The position numbers and the translations under genes were made by a program. Shown in pieces: positions 59,801 to 64,000 of a DNA stretch of 64,000 nucleotides. The stretch comes from Oopsacas minuta (taxonomy: Eukaryota > Animalia > Porifera), in assembly GCA_024704765.1 (NCBI GenBank), contig JAKMXF010000088.1:682001-746000 (forward strand), in the 5' to 3' direction. Within the stretch, counting starts at the first letter, position 1. Each line of letters opens with the position of its first letter. The notes beneath the pieces were generated by a model. The model was not told the origin of the DNA and did no database searches. It saw only the letters and a program-made list of their open reading frames with translations.

Positions 59801-60905
59801 TCTGACACGGATATCTCGAAAAACCCGCTTATATCGAAGTGTTAAATTGTACAAATATGGTCACAAACCGTCAAAGTAACACCTATTCAATCGGTTTTAT
59901 CAAAGTAATTATCATGGTTCCTTAACCTTAGATATAACAGGAGTTAATTGTATTTGCAAATAATTAAGTGTCAAAGACATTCAACAAATAAATAAACAAC
60001 ATATCATATAATAGAGGTCTATTAGGGGTCTTATCTTGAACCCATGGGGAATAAAACAGCACTCTAAATGTATATATAACAACATACTTCCTGTTGATGC
60101 AGATATATATCAAAGTGTTTTGGTACAGGAATCTCTCTGGCAGCAATAGCCTCCAATAGCGTAGTCTTACCGCAGCCATTCAATCCAACTAGTCCGTATT
60201 TTCTACCATAGTTGAGTTCCAATTTAGCATCTGATAGCAGCTCAGATCCATGTGAAGATATTGTCACCTGTTATTATATTACACATTGTAGGGTAGGCAT
60301 AATAGTCGTTAATCGGTTCTTATAAGAACCGTTTTCCAGAGGATTGTGTTTATATCCAGCATGTTCTTACAACCAATATTTACTGTTTGTTTGTTTGTTT
60401 GTTTACTACCTGTGTAACGTGTAAATCCCTTGACTCCGGATGTGAATTCAGAACTCCAGTAACTCCTCTCTGTGCTTCTAACGACAATTTACTTTTGACC
60501 TCATTACCCTCATCTGATTCAGTTAATTCCTCATCTGAATTTGGAACTAACTCATCCTTAGGGTCTGAAACTGGAACTAACTTATCTTTTGGTTCCGAAT
60601 CTGGAACTAACTCTGATATTTCGTTATAATTAAGTAGGGATATATAAATTAACAAATTCTATTATAACAAACTGACCTGTAGAACTGGTGTTAAGAACAG
60701 GAACTGAATCTGTTAATTCTATAACTTCTAATTTATGCTCTATAGTTTCAGTTCCATTAAGCTCTATATCTATATTGTTAGCAGCATCTGGAAACTGTTC
60801 TGCAATATGATTGGTTGCTGGTTTTGCTTGTGACTTATCTGGATGGTTCCTATTCGCCGCGGCTTTCTTCTGCGCTTTCCGCTTTCTTGCATTTCCAGAA
60901 GGCAT
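53690..60905 (-). CDS. ABCF2: ABC-F translation factor ABCF2, about 9 exons; intron 58473-55008 hosts two NHL genes
   Basis: [91 protein letters not shown]. Confidence 0.95.
54426..54646 (+). mobile_element. MITE family C copy with internal deletion
   Basis: Same TIRs and body as 30677-30947, lacking the GGACACTATAATT...GATAGG segment. Confidence 0.85.
55514..56722 (+). CDS. Coiled-coil + NHL protein, subfamily B (divergent member), intronless, nested antisense in ABCF2
   Basis: [39 protein letters not shown]; ends LQIFY. Confidence 0.88.
   Translation: MAERLDKNPIEELINALIDKYIQLLNTRRMELLTSFREKSEHKQSTEGTRMEKVRQLVEAQNQLQGNLKENSFQEMTKRMVEELEEKILALRESILVETHLSFECNRIELEECICNFGDIVERRGVKTNYAAFQSRIAVNCKEEGEIENILPFGIAIDNITNQIFVAEHTHSGIQIFDENGIVLKHFGEQKLKCPWGIAIDQLHVYVCDWGHHALFRFKLTDLSCVNSIGKFGPENGEFKWPRQITVSPDGSIFVADCFNHRICIFEPELIHVRNITHDSIVFPTDVKTTREHIYILTERNTMCMHVFTPTGEHVNSIITIGQGMDVELGWFFCLDVHNNFLISDMGANCIKVFSKDGQLVQKVGVIEDKGVLIECKGIAFSLAGKIICVSNTKNACLQIFY
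56744..56826 (+). repeat. (AAC)n microsatellite, about 27 units
   Basis: Pure run between the two tandem NHL genes. Confidence 0.98.
56996..58225 (+). CDS. Coiled-coil + NHL protein, subfamily B, intronless, nested antisense in ABCF2
   Basis: ATG at 56996 (MAERY); [28 protein letters not shown]; [17 protein letters not shown]. Confidence 0.9.
   Translation: MAERYAVPPKVVDLIETLINNTIDGLVMKLNVRRAQLLKIVHNMREEKRAAERGRKEMTTKLTETQSYLQEQLKENPLQSMQERIDKEMEDKLRELRINIPVETKLQWQCDTREIEMSISRLGDIVQEPVGVSKYSTFQTSTIATGKKGSGPGQLNDPRGVAIHEATNQIFVANYSNNRVEIFSDTGEYLNQLGVRQLNRPRGIAIHGENVYVSCWGNDTINQFTLTDMSLVRKIGSWGSNNGQFNNPRQLTTDPIGHVFIADQLNHRISIHDTDLNHLRNITHQSMTQPFDVKVSRDRVYVLCINDNPCMHVLTLEGDKLHSLITCGLGMDVLCPVFFCLDSLNNFVISDRYSHSIRVFSPEGNLLHKIGTEGHQQGMLYEPKGIAITPNERLVSVSKNENYPLQIFY
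59783..59950. mobile_element. MITE family A, full copy
   Basis: TA-CAGTCAACTTCTGTTATATCT...AGATATAACAGGAGTTAATTG-TA. Confidence 0.85.
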
Positions 60906-62005
60906 TATGTTACTAATTATAGATTCTCTACTAAAAATAGAAGTATAATATGCGTTAATTACTACAGTAGACCCTCACTAATCTGAAGGTTATACAAACC
61001 TCTGAAATTTGAGGCCTAATGGAGAAATGCATAATACAGAGAACTCCTGTTATATACCGAAGCTCAAGGGACCGTGATAATTACTCCGGTATAAGCAGGT
61101 ATTTGGATATATCCGTGTTAGATTTAACGAGAGTTGCCTGTACTAGATACACTCAAACGTTACAACAATGTGCTATGCCTGAGTATATTACTACAAACAG
61201 ACAAAAAACTGCAACCTGTTCTAGCAACTACGTGTTAGTGGTTGTCATGGATACACTCTAGAAATGTATGAATATTTCAGAGACACATGTACTACAGCTA
61301 TCGGTTATATTACATTTGCTATTATGATGTGGTGAGATATATGTGGTATTAATTATGGAATAAAGCAGACTATAATTATGAGAATGTTAGGGAAGCTAGT
61401 GACAGTGTGAAACCCCTACAAGTTAAATCTGATAGGTCAGGCTATATTAGTCACCTATCTGAGAGAGGAAAGACACCTAGAAATATCATTTCCTACACTC
61501 ACGCCAAATTTCTAGTTTGACTTCCTTAATCTATTTCAGGAAAGTTGAAATGTATTATCATGGGATAGAACACTTTGTCACCTATTCTTCTCAGAGATTA
61601 GGGAAGATATTGCTTAGATATTTGAAAGGGTACATAGATAGATAACATTCCACGGAGAACTGTGGAAATGCAGGGCACACCTTCCGCTTAAACAAACAAC
61701 ATTTCTTATAATAGTTCCAAACAGGTTTCATATAATTACAGCTGACAACAATATTATAATCTCTTTGATAATAATTCTTACAAAGATTACCAACTTCTTT
61801 ATCACTTTATCAGTAGAATATGTAATTAATTACTTAAGATTCTGAATAGAGCATAAATGGAAGATTATTTGTGATATCTACTCATAGGCCTAACACTGTA
61901 TTTAGTGGCATTAAGCCATTTACACATTACAAGCTAATTTCTCATATAAAACTGTGCGTGTGTGTATAAACTGATTATTTGTAAATTGGATAATTCGATT
62001 TGTAA

Positions 62006-62997
62006 ATGGCTAGTTTTGAAGAAGCGGGCAGATATCTTCGTAGTGGGACTAAGAATTTGGTAAATGAAGTTGGGAGAGAGGGAAAGAAGCAGGTATGGAT
62101 AATTGATGAAAGTGAAAATGAGAATAAAGGATTCTTGTTAGCTACCATACTACAACAGAAAGGAGATAGATTTGAGGTAGAAATGGAAGATAGAACAGTA
62201 AGTTGTTTACTTCTAAAATGTAAACAAATTCTTGACTTTATGTGTTATATTAATAGTGAAATAAAGGAGTGTTTGTTGTGTTGTATATCTGTTTGTTCAC
62301 CCAGTGATTAGCCTTGTAAAGGGCTAATCTCATTCCTGAGATTCAGTTCCGCATTTTTAGAACTACAAGGCCCTTGGAATTTTCCATATTTTCTCAACAA
62401 ACTATAGATCACTATCTTATTAGTAGTTGGAATTCTAAATAGTCAGCTCTCGTTACGCCGAAGACGGATATCTAGAAATTCCCGCTTTTATCGAGGTGTG
62501 AAATTATACAAATATGATCCCAGACCGTTAAAGTAACAAATATTCCATTGGTTATATCAAAGTAAATCACGGTCCCTTGAGATATAACAGAAGAATTATG
62601 TCATTAAATACCGTATTTAGAGAAGAGATGTATACATCGAAGATACCGAACAAATGAATCCAATTAAATTCGATAAGTCTGAAGATATGGCAGAACTCAC
62701 ATACTTGAATGAAGCATCTGTCCTACACAATCTTAAGCAAAGATATCAGTCTAATCTTATCTATGTAAGTTATAGCAGACAGCGGTTCCCAGCAGGCAGT
62801 CCATGTGATCTCCAAATTAACACATTTCATTATCCTGTAGACATATTCTGGGCTATTTTGTGTGACTATAAATCCATACAAGGTATTTCCAATATACACC
62901 GATAAAGTTGTACAAATGTATAGAGGGAAAAAAAGGTGTGAATTGCCTCCTCATATTTATGGCATTACAGATCAGGCTTATCAACAGGTGTTAAGAA
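62006..62997 (+). CDS. Myosin II heavy chain, first three coding exons (62006-62197, 62621-62764, 62841-62997); continues beyond the window
   Basis: [34 protein letters not shown]|[21 protein letters not shown]; intron positions are the conserved myosin II ones; striated vs non-muscle class not resolved. Confidence 0.93.
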
Positions 62998-63110
62998 GTA
63001 AGTATTTGTTGTTTGTTTGTTTGTTTGTTATGTATTTTAACTAAATATGAAAGATTGACAAAATGATTTTTTCATATACATTTATGATAAACAAACAACA
63101 AAGTAATTAA

Positions 63111-64000
63111 CTAATAGAATATTTGTAGAGGGTAGTTCTCATTCTTTGACATACAAACTAATCTTCCGTTTGGTGTTATAGCTATTCCTTTGGGTTCATA
63201 TAACATTCCTTTTTGGTGTCTCTTTGTTCCTATCTTGTGTAGGAGATTGCCTTCTGGAGAGAATACCCGAATTGAGTGAGAGTATTGATCGCTAATAACA
63301 AAGTTATTAAGTGAATCTAGACAGAAGAAGACAGGGCATAACACACCCATTCCTTGTCCACAGGTAATGAGGGAGTGTAGCTTGTATCCCTCTAGAGTTA
63401 GCACGTGTATACACGGATTGTTAAATAGGCACAGCACGTACACGCGGTCACGTGACACTTTAACATCAACTGGTTGTGCCATAGACTTATGAGTAATGTT
63501 ACGGAGATGGTTCAGGTCTGTGTCGTGTACGCTGATTCTGTTGTTATCACTATCTGCTATAAATACCTGACCGATGGGATCTGTTGTTAGCTGACAAGGA
63601 TAATTGAATTGTCCGTTGTTTGATCCCATACCTCCTACCTTCCTAACAAGACTCATGTCAGTTAGTGTGAATTGGTTAATAGTGCTATCTCCCCAGCAGC
63701 TGACATACACATTCTCTCCATGTATAGTTATACCCCATGGCCTATTCAGTTGTCTTACACCCAGCTGATTGAGGTACTCTCCTGTATCAGAGAATATCTC
63801 TATTCTGTGATTGGAATAATTAGCTACGAATATTTGGTTAGTAGCTTCATGTATAGCTACACCTCGTAGATTATTCAACTGGCCAGGACCTGAACCTTTC
63901 TTCCCAGTAGCGATAGTAGACGTCTGGAATGTGGAATACTTTGGTACACTCACTGGTTCTTGCACAATATCTCCGAGGCGGGAAATACAAGTTTCTAATT
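63111..64000 (-). CDS. Coiled-coil + NHL protein, subfamily B, 5'-truncated by the window edge, antisense in myosin intron 3
   Basis: Frame open to the window edge ([15 protein letters not shown]); close paralog of 56996-58225. Confidence 0.9.
   Translation of the reverse strand, partial: LETCISRLGDIVQEPVSVPKYSTFQTSTIATGKKGSGPGQLNNLRGVAIHEATNQIFVANYSNHRIEIFSDTGEYLNQLGVRQLNRPWGITIHGENVYVSCWGDSTINQFTLTDMSLVRKVGGMGSNNGQFNYPCQLTTDPIGQVFIADSDNNRISVHDTDLNHLRNITHKSMAQPVDVKVSRDRVYVLCLFNNPCIHVLTLEGYKLHSLITCGQGMGVLCPVFFCLDSLNNFVISDQYSHSIRVFSPEGNLLHKIGTKRHQKGMLYEPKGIAITPNGRLVCMSKNENYPLQIFY

Noticed and set aside
60480-60612. Acidic ELVP.S..KD repeats in the ABCF2 N-terminus
   Set aside because: Ordinary low-complexity variation in a region that is poorly conserved in the family.
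22890-60940. Perfect MEF2 sites CTAAAAATAG at 22890, 29712, 31903 and 60931
   Set aside because: These are the reverse complement of CTATTTTTAG acceptors of minus-strand genes; two coincide with modelled exon starts.

Overview
AT-rich (roughly one-third GC by eye), very compact animal genomic DNA with short spliceosomal introns. Gene content and architecture suggest a non-bilaterian, possibly a sponge such as a hexactinellid; that assignment is inference only. I can support about 26 protein-coding genes: GOLGA7, RRP15, ZBBX-like, MRPS28, MEF2, a PH/CPI adaptor, histone H3.3, a PH-SH2 adaptor, SYCP3, IQANK1-like, KRTCAP2, SFSWAP, two HEN1 paralogs, CEP128-like, ARHGEF10/17-like, LRRIQ3, a 4-TM protein, ABCF2, the 5' end of a myosin II heavy chain, and six intronless coiled-coil/NHL genes in two subfamilies. 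Several MITE-like repeat families and mini/microsatellites are also present. No rRNA, tRNA or CRISPR was seen. The main oddities are: (1) SFSWAP introns are 85-93% filled by four whole intronless genes. (2) Two of these are a head-to-head HEN1 pair sharing a 483-bp near-identical inverted block, which should fold into long dsRNA in the SFSWAP pre-mRNA, a candidate endo-siRNA feedback loop on the small-RNA methylase. (3) NHL genes sit inside introns of conserved genes and vary mainly on the predicted ligand-binding face. (4) Same-strand genes are tightly packed, with 3' splice acceptors just before the ATG (operon/trans-splicing-like). (5) A T-box-like 10-mer is strongly enriched in non-coding DNA. 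All exon models and homologies were made by eye from remembered family motifs and need RNA-seq and database confirmation.
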